Assembly (NCBI GenBank): GCA_046484325.1
Contig: JAWOJB010000024.1
Span: 26,008 to 90,007, forward strand
Reading direction: 5' to 3'
DNA length: 64,000 bases
From: Acidimicrobiia bacterium
GTDB lineage: Bacteria > Actinomycetota > Acidimicrobiia > Spongiisociales > ZC4RG35
Shown here: piece by piece, positions 29,182 to 40,419 of the stretch
Position numbering within the stretch: position 1 is the first letter of the stretch
Layout: the number at the start of each line of letters is the position of its first letter
Translations under genes and position numbers: made by a program
Notes under the pieces: model-generated
What the model was told of the DNA's origin: nothing
What the model saw: only the letters and a program-made list of their open reading frames with translations
Databases searched by the model: none

Positions 29182-29571
29182 GTGAGCGAAGGCAAGCACT
29201 CGGAGGTCGGCGAGTTCATCCGGCAGCAGCGGGAGCGAGCGGACCTCTCGTTGCGGAGGCTCGCCGAGCGGGCGGGGATCTCGAATCCCTACCTGAGCCA
29301 GATCGAGCGGGGAATCCGCAAGCCCTCGGCGGAGATCCTCATGCGGATCTCGCGGGCCCTCGAGATCTCCGCCGAGACGTTGTACAGCCGGGCGGGCCTC
29401 ATGGATGGTTCGCCGGTGTCGGTCTCGGTACTGGAGGCCGTCGAGGCCGACGAGCGCCTGACCTCACGACAGAAGACGGTCCTGCTGGAGCTCTATCGGA
29501 CGCTCGTCGAGGCGAGCGGACCGGTCGGGAGCCGGTCGACGGACGAAGCATCGACGAGAGACGAGGAGTGA
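29182..29571 (+). CDS. XRE-family helix-turn-helix transcriptional regulator
   Basis: LSLRRLAERAGISNPYLSQIERGIRKPSAEIL HTH_3 motif. GTG start, likely leaderless. Confidence 0.75.
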   Translation: MSEGKHSEVGEFIRQQRERADLSLRRLAERAGISNPYLSQIERGIRKPSAEILMRISRALEISAETLYSRAGLMDGSPVSVSVLEAVEADERLTSRQKTVLLELYRTLVEASGPVGSRSTDEASTRDEE

Positions 29572-29573
29572 TC

Positions 29574-30113
29574 ATGGAGGCGAAGACCTACCTCTATGCC
29601 GCCGTTGGGGCCCCGGTCGTGGCCGGCCGGGCCGTTCAGGGAACGTTCGAGTCCCTGCGCCAGAAGCTGACCGAGAACCGGGTGACCCTCACCAAGGAGA
29701 CGAAGGATCTCGTCGCCGAGTGGGCCGTCGAAGGCGAGAAGGCCCTCGACCGTCTCGGCGAGGGCAAGATGGTCGACGAGCTCACCGCCAAGGTGGACTT
29801 CGACCAGATGCAGGAGCAGGTGGGCAAGCTGCGCGACCAGCTCGAGGACATGCTCGAGACCTGGCGCACCAACTTCCGCCCTGCAGAGCGCGCCGAGGGC
29901 ATGATGCGCAAGGCCGCCGGAAAGATGGAGGAGGCCGCCGAGAAGGTGGAGGAGGCCGCTGAGAAGGTGGCCAAGCCGGCCGCCGCTGCCGCCAAGAAGC
30001 CGGCTGCCAAGAAGCCGGCTGCCAAGAAGCCGGCTGCCAAGAAGCCGGCGGCGACCACGGCGAAGAAGCCCGCCGCTCCGAAGCCCGCGCCGGAGGCCAC
30101 CAAGGCGTCCTGA
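29574..30113 (+). CDS. HbhA-like (heparin-binding hemagglutinin family) coiled-coil protein with C-terminal Lys/Ala/Pro repeats
   Basis: ATG overlaps the regulator stop. N-terminal amphipathic helices, C-terminal AKKPAAKKPAAKKPAAKKPAA. Confidence 0.65.
   Translation: MEAKTYLYAAVGAPVVAGRAVQGTFESLRQKLTENRVTLTKETKDLVAEWAVEGEKALDRLGEGKMVDELTAKVDFDQMQEQVGKLRDQLEDMLETWRTNFRPAERAEGMMRKAAGKMEEAAEKVEEAAEKVAKPAAAAAKKPAAKKPAAKKPAAKKPAATTAKKPAAPKPAPEATKAS
29991..30050 (+). repeat. 4 x 15-bp perfect tandem repeat (gccaagaagccggct) encoding AKKPA units
   Basis: Direct tandem copies inside the HbhA-like CDS. Confidence 0.85.
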
Positions 30114-30116
30114 CCC

Positions 30117-30155
30117 CCCCTCGACACGCGAAATGGGGACCCCGACCCGGGGTCC
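30117..30155. terminator. bidirectional hairpin terminator (18-bp perfect stem, 3-nt loop)
   Basis: cgcgaaatggggaccccg-acc-cggggtccccatttcgcg lies between convergent genes ending at 30113 (+) and 30172 (-). Confidence 0.6.
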
Positions 30156-30171
30156 CCATTTCGCGTTCGGC

Positions 30172-30576
30172 TCACCGCCGTACGATCGGATCCACCTCGC
30201 CGGCGTGTTCGATCCACGCGGCGACCATCGCCGTCGTCGGAAGCCGCCGGACGAGGCGGCGCTCCTCGTTGATCTCCGACAATCTCGTCGTGAGCGCCTG
30301 GGGGCTGCGGCGACGGAGGTCGCGGGCGGTCGTCGCCCCCGCCGCCATCAACAGCGCGGCGTATTCGCCACCCACCCCCTTCACCCGCATGAGGTCGGCG
30401 GCCAGGGCCCAGCCGAGAAGGTGGTCGGGATCGATGCCGGCGTGGTTGGCCAGCTCCGCCCGGTCCTTCTTCACCGCCGTCCGGCGGAGGAGGCCCTCGG
30501 TGCTCCGCACCCCCTGCTTGCGCAGCTTGGTGGCACTCTTCGGGGGCATTCCCACGATGGCGGAGATGGACGGCAT
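30172..30576 (-). CDS. DUF4332 (helix-hairpin-helix) domain protein
   Basis: MPSISAIVGMPPKSATKLRKQGVRSTEGLL... Confidence 0.6.
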   Translation of the reverse strand: MPSISAIVGMPPKSATKLRKQGVRSTEGLLRRTAVKKDRAELANHAGIDPDHLLGWALAADLMRVKGVGGEYAALLMAAGATTARDLRRRSPQALTTRLSEINEERRLVRRLPTTAMVAAWIEHAGEVDPIVRR

Positions 30577-30633
30577 GGGTGCGGCTCCTTCCGGCGGACG
30601 GGGAGGGGCGAGCCTAGCCAGGTCGATGGGGGC

Positions 30634-31227
30634 TCACCCCGGTCGCCGGGGCCGCAACTCGGCGACGTCGGCCTGGGTGTCGACGTCGCGGGGTGCCAGC
30701 CGTTCGACCCACACCTCCTCCACCCACTCGGGATGGGCCTGGAGGAGTCGTCCGGCGCCCTCGTCTCCCTCGAGCGACATGAGGCGCGGCCAGAGCCGGC
30801 GGTCGAGCAGCACCGGGTTTCCCCACGAGTAGCGGTATTTGGGGACCACGGCCCGGGCATGCGAGCGGGCGTGTGCCGCCACGAGCGCGGCGACGACGCC
30901 GGGGTCGACGTCCGGTTGGTCCCCGAGCACGATGAGTGCGGCGTCGGCTCGTGAGAGGCGGGTGAGGGCATCGAGGCCCACCCTGATCGATGAGGCGAGG
31001 CCGTCCTGCCACTCGGGGTTCTCGATGAGGCCACAATCGGCGAGGTCGGCGTCGGACCTCACCCGGTCGGCGTCGGCTCCTATGACCACCCAGATCTCGT
31101 CGACCGGGAACCTGCGTGTGCGCTGCACCACGTGGCCGAGCAGCGTGCGTCCTCCCCATGGCTCGAGCTGCTTGGGCCGTCCCAACCGGCGCGAGCCTCC
31201 GGCGGCGAGGACGAGTGCGGCGATCAT
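30634..31227 (-). CDS. mocA: MobA-like NTP transferase / molybdenum cofactor cytidylyltransferase
   Basis: [22 protein letters not shown]-terminus. ORF 30634..32046 upstream of the ATG at 31225-31227 is junk. Confidence 0.75.
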   Translation of the reverse strand: MIAALVLAAGGSRRLGRPKQLEPWGGRTLLGHVVQRTRRFPVDEIWVVIGADADRVRSDADLADCGLIENPEWQDGLASSIRVGLDALTRLSRADAALIVLGDQPDVDPGVVAALVAAHARSHARAVVPKYRYSWGNPVLLDRRLWPRLMSLEGDEGAGRLLQAHPEWVEEVWVERLAPRDVDTQADVAELRPRRPG

Positions 31228-32296
31228 CGTCTGCCGAGTCTCCGCACCTCGCCCTGCAGAACGGGCGGCCGGCGGTGGCCGTACCGCGCCTCGGTCATCT
31301 CCGCCAGGATCGCCACCGCCACCTCGCCGGGCGTGACGGCTCCGATGTCGAGACCGATCGGCCCGTGGATCCGCTCGACCTCGGAGGGCTGATGCCCGGC
31401 GGCCAGCAGCCGCTCGCGACGGCGGGCTGCCGTCGCCGTGCTGCCCATGGCGCCCAGGTACCGGACGGGCCGGCCCAGCACCAATGGCCACAGCGGGTCC
31501 TCGAACCGGGCATCGTGGCTCAGCACCACGACGAACGCCCGGTGATCGAACGTGAGGCGGTCGGCGATCTGGTCGGGCCAGCCGACCAGCAGCTCGGCGG
31601 CGTCGGGAAACCGGGCCTCGGTGGCGAAGGCCGCCCGGCTGTCCGAGACGGTCACCCGGTAGCCGAGATGGGTGGCGAGGGTCGTGAGCGACTGGGCGAT
31701 GTGGACCGCCCCGAAGACGAACAGCCGGGGAGGCGGCGCCAGCGTCTCGACGTAGATCTCGTGGAGCCCGTAGGCGAGCGTCTCGTCGCGCTCCCGGTCC
31801 ATGAGGGCGAGGGCGTCGGCCACGACGTCGGAAGCCACCTCGGAGGGCAGCGAGCCGGCCAGGATGGTGCCGGAGAGATCGACGACCGCCGACGCCCCGA
31901 CGGCCGGCCCTCCGACCGCCGTGAGCCTGGCACCGAGTCGCTCGGCGGCGAGCAGTCCACGGCAGGCCTCGAGAACCGCCGGTGTCACCAGGGCTCCACG
32001 AAGACCTGGATCGTGCCCCCACAGGCCAGGCCCACCTCGAATGCATCCTCGTCGGCGATGCCGTAGGTGACGAGGATGGGCTCGCCGGACTCGATGACCC
32101 GCAGTGCGTGGAGCACCACGTCGTTCTCGACGCAGCCGCCCGACACCGACCCCTCCATGTCCCCGTCCGAGGAGACGACGAGCTTGGATCCGACCGGCCG
32201 AGGGGCCGACCCCGAGACCCGCACGACCGTGGCCACCGCCACCCGCTTGCCGGCCTCTGCCCACCGATCGCGTACGTCGAGCTCCGATCGCATCAT
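31224..32296 (-). CDS. xdhC: XdhC/CoxF-family Mo-hydroxylase maturation factor, split into two frames at 31985-31988
   Basis: N-terminal XdhC_CoxI domain [25 protein letters not shown]...GGCVE..FVEPW-stop (31985..32296). The Rossmann part continues in the +1 frame from GTG 31986 (VTPAVLE...[14 protein letters not shown]...). Junction is GTGA. Confidence 0.6.
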
Positions 32297-33420
32297 CTCC
32301 TCCGTTCCGGGACCGACTCGAGCATCGCCACCAGCGTCGCCAGATCGTCGAAGGTCCCCGCCGCCAGGAAGTCGTCGACGTGCGGGAGGGCGGCGACCAT
32401 GCCCCTCGTCTCGGGAGCGTACCCGGGCCTCCCTGCCAGCGGGTTGAGCCAGATCACCCGGTGGACGGAGCGGCGAAGCCTGCCCATCTCGTCGGCGAGC
32501 ACCTGGGGCTCGCCGCGATCCCATCCGTCGGAGACGATGAGCACGATCGGCCCGCCCCGGGTCATCCGCCGGCTCCACTCGTGGTTGAAGGCTCGCAGGC
32601 ACTCACCGATGCGCGTGCCGCCCGACCAGTCGTGCACGGCGCCGGCCACCTCCCGGAGTGCGTCGGATGGCTCGCGTCGGGCCAGCTCACGGGTCACCCG
32701 GGTCAGCCGGGTCGAGAAGACGAAGCTCTCGAGCCGTCCCAGGCGGCTGCGGGCGGCGTGGGCGAAGTACAGCAGCATCTCGGAGTACCGCTCCATCGAG
32801 CCGGAGACGTCGGCGATGAAGATCAGCGGCCGGGTCCGGGACCGGCGCTCGGTGGTGGCCAGGCTGAGCACGTCGCCGCTCGGGCCCACACTGCGCCGGA
32901 GGGTGCGCCGGAGGTCGGGGCGGTCCCCGGCCCGGGCGGTTCGGCGGCGGCGGCTCGTGGCGGCGGCCGGGCGCCACAGCATTCGGGCGATCATCGATCG
33001 CACCTCGGCCGCCTCCGCCGGCGTGAGCTCGGCGAAGTCCTTCCGTGCGAGGCGCTCGGCCCACGAGGCCCCGGTGACGGCAACCTGGTCGTCGAGCCCT
33101 GCATCCCCGTCCCCTTCGCCACCCTCGGCCGAGGCCTGGATCGACCATGTCCGCGGGCGGGATGCCGCCACCACCACGGCAGGGCCGTCGGCGTCCCCCC
33201 CGAAGAACTCGCGGAACACCCGATCGAAGACCGGGATCTGCTCGCGGTGGGTGACGACGAGCGAGCGGAATGCGTGGTACACGTCCCCCCCGGAGGCGAG
33301 GCCGACGACCTCGCACGCGGTGGCGAGATCGGCGGCGGTGGTCGGGACGACCGGAATCCCCTCGCTCCGCAGGGCGCGCGAGAACTCGACGAGCGTGGAG
33401 GCGCGTTCCACGCCCGGCAC
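32293..33420 (-). CDS. coxE: VWA domain protein, CoxE family
   Basis: MIDAS DVSGSM. Conserved CoxE N-terminus [23 protein letters not shown]. Confidence 0.85.
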   Translation of the reverse strand: MPGVERASTLVEFSRALRSEGIPVVPTTAADLATACEVVGLASGGDVYHAFRSLVVTHREQIPVFDRVFREFFGGDADGPAVVVAASRPRTWSIQASAEGGEGDGDAGLDDQVAVTGASWAERLARKDFAELTPAEAAEVRSMIARMLWRPAAATSRRRRTARAGDRPDLRRTLRRSVGPSGDVLSLATTERRSRTRPLIFIADVSGSMERYSEMLLYFAHAARSRLGRLESFVFSTRLTRVTRELARREPSDALREVAGAVHDWSGGTRIGECLRAFNHEWSRRMTRGGPIVLIVSDGWDRGEPQVLADEMGRLRRSVHRVIWLNPLAGRPGYAPETRGMVAALPHVDDFLAAGTFDDLATLVAMLESVPERRR

Positions 33421-33435
33421 CCTATCGGAGCGCCC

Positions 33436-34533
33436 TCAGAGCGGGAAGCGGAGGATGCCGACCACGCCGTGCGGGTCGACCGGGGTGGCGATCTCGAGCT
33501 GATCGACCGCCCCGCCGCCGGCCACGACGGCCTCCATCAGGTAGCCGATCACGTCCTCGACCTCGAAGACGGCGCTCCCGCACACCGCGCACTCCCGACC
33601 CGTGCGGGCCAGCCACCCACACTCGCCGCAGACGACGCCGGGCTTCTCGACGCGTCCGGCGACGAGGAGCCGGTCGACCGCCCTGGCGTTGGCGGCCTCG
33701 AGCAGCGTGGCGGTGCCGGCCGCCCCGGATCCGGTCTCGACGGCCGCGGCCGCGGCCTCGGCGGCTTCCTCCTGACGGGCAGCCCACACCGTGGCGGCGT
33801 GATCGGCCACCCGGCGTCGGAGCTCCGGCAGGGTGAGCGTGTGGGGGTCGACCACCACCCGCCCCACGGGGAGGGCCTGGAGGTACGCGTGAAGGTGGGG
33901 GACGAGCTCGTCGAGCGTCTCCTGGTGACCGCCCAGCAGGAGCGCATCGAAGGGCCGGTCCCGGTGGGTCTCGAGCAGTCGGGCCGCTGCCTCCTTCAGC
34001 ATGCGGGCGGTCTCGTGCTCGGCCCGCCGTCGCACACCGTGCTCTTCGTAGCCCGAGAAGCCCCCGAAGTTCGACTTGCCGATGTCGGCCTCGAGTGCCG
34101 CGCCCAGCGGCTCGACCGTTCCGTCGTCTGCGAGGTAGATCCGGCAACGGCGGCGATCGGCGACGACGATGCCCATGTGGAGCGGACGGGGTCGGGAGCG
34201 CAGCGGGCGGAGATAGGCCCGGGGCCCGATCGAGCCGTGATCCCAGACCAGATGGTCCAGGAAGGACATCTCATGGATGTCGTCGGTCGACGACATGAAC
34301 AGGGCCACGCCGTTCGCGGGCTGGGCATCGATCTTCGGCACGAGGCCCTGGATGCGCTCGCAGTCGCGCAGCACGGCCTTGGCGATGCCCCGCTCCATGC
34401 TGTCGGCGGCGGCGCGGATCGGCTTCAGCAAGTCGGTGATGGCCGCCGAGGCGCTTCCGGCAGGGCGATCGAGATACAGCGAGATGAGCGATCCCGACGG
34501 CGAGCGGAGCTCGGCGAGCGAGGTGAGGTCCAT
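33436..34533 (-). CDS. eRF1/Pelota-like (bacterial-archaeal release-factor-like, Vms1-type) protein with C-terminal zinc ribbon
   Basis: Three-domain layout. NFGGFSG loop in place of GGQ, CGECGW...CAVCGS zinc ribbon, and eRF1 domain-3-like end GVVGILRF. Confidence 0.55.
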   Translation of the reverse strand: MDLTSLAELRSPSGSLISLYLDRPAGSASAAITDLLKPIRAAADSMERGIAKAVLRDCERIQGLVPKIDAQPANGVALFMSSTDDIHEMSFLDHLVWDHGSIGPRAYLRPLRSRPRPLHMGIVVADRRRCRIYLADDGTVEPLGAALEADIGKSNFGGFSGYEEHGVRRRAEHETARMLKEAAARLLETHRDRPFDALLLGGHQETLDELVPHLHAYLQALPVGRVVVDPHTLTLPELRRRVADHAATVWAARQEEAAEAAAAAVETGSGAAGTATLLEAANARAVDRLLVAGRVEKPGVVCGECGWLARTGRECAVCGSAVFEVEDVIGYLMEAVVAGGGAVDQLEIATPVDPHGVVGILRFPL

Positions 34534-34689
34534 GGATCCTCCCCGGAGAACGGTGGTCGGACGGACGAGGTCGACCCGACGGATGGAGGTCCGCGAGGAG
34601 GCGCCGCTCGTCTCACAGGCATGCGAAACGCCCCGGCATCTGAACCGAGCGTACCTCGGCGCGGGCCCTCGTGCCCCGGTCGAGCGGCC

Positions 34690-35571
34690 CTATCCGGGGG
34701 CGGCAGCGTCGATCCCGCGCCGCCGCACCCGCTCCACGTCCTCGCGGTACTTCAGCACCACGCCGAGCGTGTCGTCGATCAGCGCCGGGTCGAGCTCGCG
34801 GGCGCCGAGCACCCGCAGCGCGTGCGCCCAGTCGATGGTCTCGGCAACCCCCGGGGGTTTGAACAGGTCCAGGGAGCGGAGGTCGCCCATGGCGGCGGCG
34901 AGCTGGCGGGCGAGGCGCTCGTCGACGTCGGGTACCTTGGCCCGGATGATCGACACCTCGCGGTCGAAATCGGGATAGTCCACCCAGTGGTAGATGCACC
35001 GGCGCTTGAGGGCGTCGTGGATCTCACGGGTCCGATTGCTGGTGATGATCACGACCGGCGGCACGGCGGCGGTGATCGTGCCGATCTCGGGGATCGTGAC
35101 CTGGAAGTCCGACAACAGCTCGAGCAGGAATGCCTCGAACTCCTCGTCGGCCCGGTCGAGCTCGTCGATCAGGAGCACGGGCCGCTTCCCGACGGCCGCC
35201 GACTCGACGGCATGGAGCAGGGGCCTGGCGAGCAGGTAGTCGCGGCTCATGATGTCGGCCACCTCGGCCTGGCCGCCCTCTCCCCGGGCCTCGATGAGCC
35301 GGATCGCCAGCATCTGGCGGGCATAGTCCCACTCGTAGAGGGCGTGTCCGACGTCGAGGCCCTCGTAGCACTGGAGCCGGATGAGCTCGGTATCGAGCAT
35401 GTCGGCGAGGACCTTCGCCACCTCGGTCTTCCCGACCCCCGCCTCTCCCTCCAGGAAGAGCGGACGCCCCAGCCGAAGGGCGAGGTGGACGCTCACGGCC
35501 AGGCTCCGATCGGCCACGTAGTCGCGCTCGGCGAAGGCCTCGGCGATCGCTTCGACCGTGTCGGGGACCAT
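34690..35571 (-). CDS. coxD: MoxR-family AAA+ ATPase (CoxD-like)
   Basis: Walker A GEAGVGKTE, Walker B LLIDELDRA, arginine finger region. Confidence 0.85.
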   Translation of the reverse strand: MVPDTVEAIAEAFAERDYVADRSLAVSVHLALRLGRPLFLEGEAGVGKTEVAKVLADMLDTELIRLQCYEGLDVGHALYEWDYARQMLAIRLIEARGEGGQAEVADIMSRDYLLARPLLHAVESAAVGKRPVLLIDELDRADEEFEAFLLELLSDFQVTIPEIGTITAAVPPVVIITSNRTREIHDALKRRCIYHWVDYPDFDREVSIIRAKVPDVDERLARQLAAAMGDLRSLDLFKPPGVAETIDWAHALRVLGARELDPALIDDTLGVVLKYREDVERVRRRGIDAAAPG

Positions 35572-35630
35572 CTGGGCACCATAGCCAGCACCGGATCGAC
35601 GTTGGATGGCGGCGTGACCACAATGGAGGC

Positions 35631-35966
35631 GTGTTCAGACCCGACATCCCCGAGGCACCCTCGGTCTCGCCCGAGGAGGCGAAGGCCCTGGTGGAGGAGG
35701 GTGCCCTACTCGTCGACATCCGTGAGGTCGAGGAGTGGCAGGCGGCTCGCATCCCGGGAGCCGAGTTCAAGCCGCTCTCGACGATCAACGACTGGTGGCC
35801 CGACCTCCCGCTGGATCGAACCGTCGTCCTCTACTGCCGGTCGGGGAACCGCTCGGCTCACGCCGTGAACGCCCTCGTGGGTCAGGCGGGGCGGACCAAC
35901 GTGCTCAACCTCACGGGGGGCATCATCGCCTGGGACCGGGCCGGTCTGCCGGTGGAGGATGCCTAG
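35631..35966 (+). CDS. single-domain rhodanese-like sulfurtransferase
   Basis: Active-site loop YCRSGNRS. Confidence 0.75.
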   Translation: MFRPDIPEAPSVSPEEAKALVEEGALLVDIREVEEWQAARIPGAEFKPLSTINDWWPDLPLDRTVVLYCRSGNRSAHAVNALVGQAGRTNVLNLTGGIIAWDRAGLPVEDA

Positions 35967-36348
35967 CGCCCTCGAGCTCGCCGTAGCCGATCACCTGGCC
36001 GGCGTCGGCCGGAGACTGGCGGCCGGGCGCCTCCGACGGCGTAGCTGGAGGACCATGCTCCCGGTGGCGCTCGACCCGGTGGAGGCCGGGCTGGCGACGG
36101 TGGGGGGAGGGCTGCTGGGCCTGGCGGCCGGAGTCGGGTTGGGCGTCTCCGGCCCGCTCTCGCTCGTGCTGGCGGTCGTGGCGGCGCTGGCGGCCCTGGT
36201 CGGCGTGGCGTCGATGTCGGTGGTGGAGGCGGCCGACCGGGCGGTTCGCAGGCTCGAGGCGCACCTGTCGATGCCCGAACTGCTCGATGCCGTCGAAGGG
36301 CTCGGCCCGGTCGAGGTGACGGCGCTCGCCGGCCTCAGGCGGACCTGA
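35959..36348 (+). CDS. hypothetical membrane protein
   Basis: ATG overlaps the rhodanese stop. Gly/Ala/Leu-rich TM segments. Convergent 14-nt overlap with coxM. Confidence 0.4.
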   Translation: MPSALELAVADHLAGVGRRLAAGRLRRRSWRTMLPVALDPVEAGLATVGGGLLGLAAGVGLGVSGPLSLVLAVVAALAALVGVASMSVVEAADRAVRRLEAHLSMPELLDAVEGLGPVEVTALAGLRRT

Positions 36349-37182
36349 TCGCCTCCGTCAACGCCCGCCTCGTCATCACCTTGGCCAGGTGGGACTTGTA
36401 CTCCTCGGACCCGTAGAGGTCCTCGAGCACCGTGAGCCCCTCCAGCGCCCGCTCGGCGGCGGCGGCCACGGCGGCGTCGGATCCGTCGGTCCCGATCAGC
36501 GCTTCCGCCACGCCCACGGCGAGAGTGGCCTTGGTGCCCACACCGGTGATCGCCACCCGGCAGTCGCCGATGGAGCCGTTCGAGCGCGACACCCAGGCCG
36601 CCGCTCCTGCGACCGCGTAGTCGGTGTGGCCGCCCCGGCGCCCCAGTTTCTCGTAGGCGGTGGCGCCCGCCCGTCGGGGGATCCGGATCTCGGTGAGGAT
36701 CTCGTCGGGCTCGAGGGCCGACGTGAGGGCGTCGACGAAGAAGTCGTCGGCCGCGATCTCCCGGGTGCCGGCCGGGCCCTGCGCCACCATCGTGGCGCCG
36801 AGTGCCAGGATGGCGGCCGGCTGGTCGGCTGCGATGTCGGCGTGGGCCACCGAGCCGCAGGTGGTGCCCCGATTCCTGATCTGGGCGTCCCCGGTGTAGG
36901 CGGCGGCGCTCCGCAGCGCGTCCGGCACGAGCCCGGACTCGGCCGTCTGGCGATGGCGGACGAGGGCTCCCAGCGACACGTGGTCGCCTCCGTCCTCGAT
37001 CCGGTCGAGCCCGGGGATCCGCCCGATGTCGACCAGCAGTTCGGGGGAGAACAGGCGCATCTTCATGAGCGGCAGCAGGCTCATCCCGCCCGCCAGCACC
37101 TTCGCCGAGTCGGCGCCCGCCAGGGCGGACACCGCCTCGTCGAGGGTGGCCGGGGCGACGTAGTCGAACGGTCGGGGGTACA

Positions 37183-37183
<1 letters not shown>
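36335..37183 (-). CDS. coxM: Mo-hydroxylase FAD-binding medium subunit (CoxM/XdhB-like)
   Basis: Start MYPRPFDYVAPATLDEAV with GGGAGG-type RBS. FAD-binding domain and CO-dehydrogenase flavoprotein C-terminal domain. Confidence 0.85.
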
Positions 37184-39563
<2,380 letters not shown>

Positions 39564-39567
<4 letters not shown>

Positions 39568-40061
39568 GCCCGCACCCCCTCGGTCTCCCACTCCGCCGGC
39601 GGGGGCGTCTCACCCCGCATCCTGGCGGCCGCGTACTCGATGGCCTTCACGATGTTGTGGTAGCCGGTGCACCGGCAGAGGTTGCCTTCGATGCCGTGGC
39701 GGATCTCGGCCTCGGTCGGGCTCGGGTTCTCCTGGAGAAGGCCGACCGCCTGGATGATCATGCCCGGGGTGCAGAACCCACACTGGAGACCGTGCCGCTC
39801 CCAGAAGCCCTCCTGCACCGGGTGCAACTCGCCGTCGGCGGTGAGTCCCTCGATCGTGGTCACGTCTGAGCCCTCGGCCTGACCGACGAGCACCATGCAC
39901 GACTTGACGGTGGCCCCGTCGATCAGAACGGTGCACGCGCCGCAGTACCCGCTCTCGCAGCCGACGTGGGTCCCGGTGAGGCCGAGCTCGTCCCGCAGGA
40001 GGTGGACGAGGAGCGTCCGCGGTTCCACGGCGACCGCCACCTGCCTGCCGTTGACGGTCAT
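39564..40061 (-). CDS. coxS: Mo-hydroxylase [2Fe-2S] small subunit (CoxS)
   Basis: [11 protein letters not shown] and [14 protein letters not shown] cluster motifs. Start MTVNGRQV. Confidence 0.9.
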
Positions 40062-40218
40062 GGACACCTGCAAGCGAGCCTCCTTCGATGACCGCCGCCG
40101 ACGCTATCACCGGCGGTCGCGACGCGTCGCCGAGACGGGGAGGTTTGGAGGAGACCCGGCTTCCCCGGGCACCGGGCCCTCGAGGTTGGCAGAATGCGGT
40201 GGGTCAGGAGGTCGAGGC

Positions 40219-40419
40219 ATGGCGGGGTCTGGCGGTGGCGGAGTGGCGGCCTTCTTCGTCGCGCTGGCGGTCGTGGCGGCCGGCGGCGGTTGGTTGATCT
40301 CCCTCCTGACCGGATGGAACGTGCTCCTGGTCGGCGTCGTCGTGTTCGTCCTCGGACTGGCGGTCGTGGTGCCTCTGCGGATCCTGTCGGCGGCGGACCG
40401 CCGGAGCGGAGAGCTCTAG
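40219..40419 (+). CDS. small two-TM membrane protein (66 aa)
   Basis: AGGAGG 7 nt upstream of ATG 40219. MAGSGGGGVAAFFVALAVVAAGGGWLISLL... Confidence 0.45.
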   Translation: MAGSGGGGVAAFFVALAVVAAGGGWLISLLTGWNVLLVGVVVFVLGLAVVVPLRILSAADRRSGEL

